In this document: positions 63,649 to 64,000 of the stretch, piece by piece
Layout of the letters: every line of letters begins with the position of its first letter
Position numbering within the stretch: position 1 is the first letter of the stretch
DNA from: Carcharhinus longimanus
Taxonomy: Eukaryota
DNA length: 64,000 bases
NCBI GenBank assembly: GCA_030264375.1
Contig: JASCQW010000081.1
Span: 66,027,400 to 66,091,399 of the forward strand
Direction: 5' to 3'
Program-made: the position numbers and the translations under genes
Notes under the pieces: model-generated
The model's input: only the letters and a program-made list of their open reading frames with translations
What the model was told of the DNA's origin: nothing
Database searches by the model: none

Positions 63649-64000
63649 AAATCAGGACAAAAAGTTTAAACCCAAAGGAATAAGACTCCATACTTGTAAC
63701 TGATCATTTTTGGTGTCTATGAAGCTGTGTGCAGGAATTAACAATTGTTAAAAGTGTACTTACACATGTAATTGCAAGCCTTAAACTTCTGTGGCAGATT
63801 TAGTTCATGTCTATCGTGCAAATCCAGCAAACTCCATGACACTCAATGCATGTCAATGGTGAGACAGACAGCAAAACTGAAATGTTTTGCAAGAGAAAAG
63901 TTGGTGAGATATGCAAACTGAACAGTATCTTTTAGATATCTGCCCATCTGCCCCACACGAGGTTGCTGCATTATTTACATATAAATGATTCTGAGTACTA

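Noticed and set aside
533-63683. The many 60-150 aa ORFs in the supplied track
   Set aside because: Apart from the VAMP4-overlapping ORF 47908-48102 and TE remnants, they show no recognisable domains and fit chance ORFs in intronic and intergenic DNA.
63757-63800. Minus-strand LPQKFKACNYM followed by GTAAGTA, superficially like the VAMP4 start MPPKFKR
   Set aside because: No ATG, no similarity beyond KFK, and the wrong length and phase for the expected first coding exon.

Overview
Repeat-rich, AT-rich vertebrate genomic DNA, almost certainly from a cartilaginous fish (shark or ray), judged from HE1-like V-SINEs, SacSINE1-like Deu-SINEs and HER1-like CR1 LINEs. The only host gene I can support is the 3' part of VAMP4 (an R-SNARE) on the minus strand. 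Four coding exons (48070-47970, 44569-44490, 34722-34671, 34018-33990) have GT-AG boundaries and splice in frame to ...VQNQVDEVIDVMQENITRVIERGERLDELQDKSESLSDNATVFSNRAKQLRRQMWWKECKMKVIISVVVVVVLLVIIIPVILKNRS*. The upstream VAMP4 exons and promoter were not found, so they lie beyond 64000 or inside N gaps. The rest is decayed, often nested mobile DNA (Rex1, CR1, L2 and RTE LINEs, an integrase-less Gypsy-type LTR element, several SINE families, short palindromic elements), a 31-bp minisatellite and five assembly gaps. I found no convincing new biological system. The best leads are a second strong splice donor that could give VAMP4 an alternative C-terminus, the stop-free 31-bp array, tail-swapped and RTE-derived SINEs, and palindromes carrying hammerhead-like remnants. 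Repeat family names come from recognition, not from database searches, and repeat boundaries are approximate.
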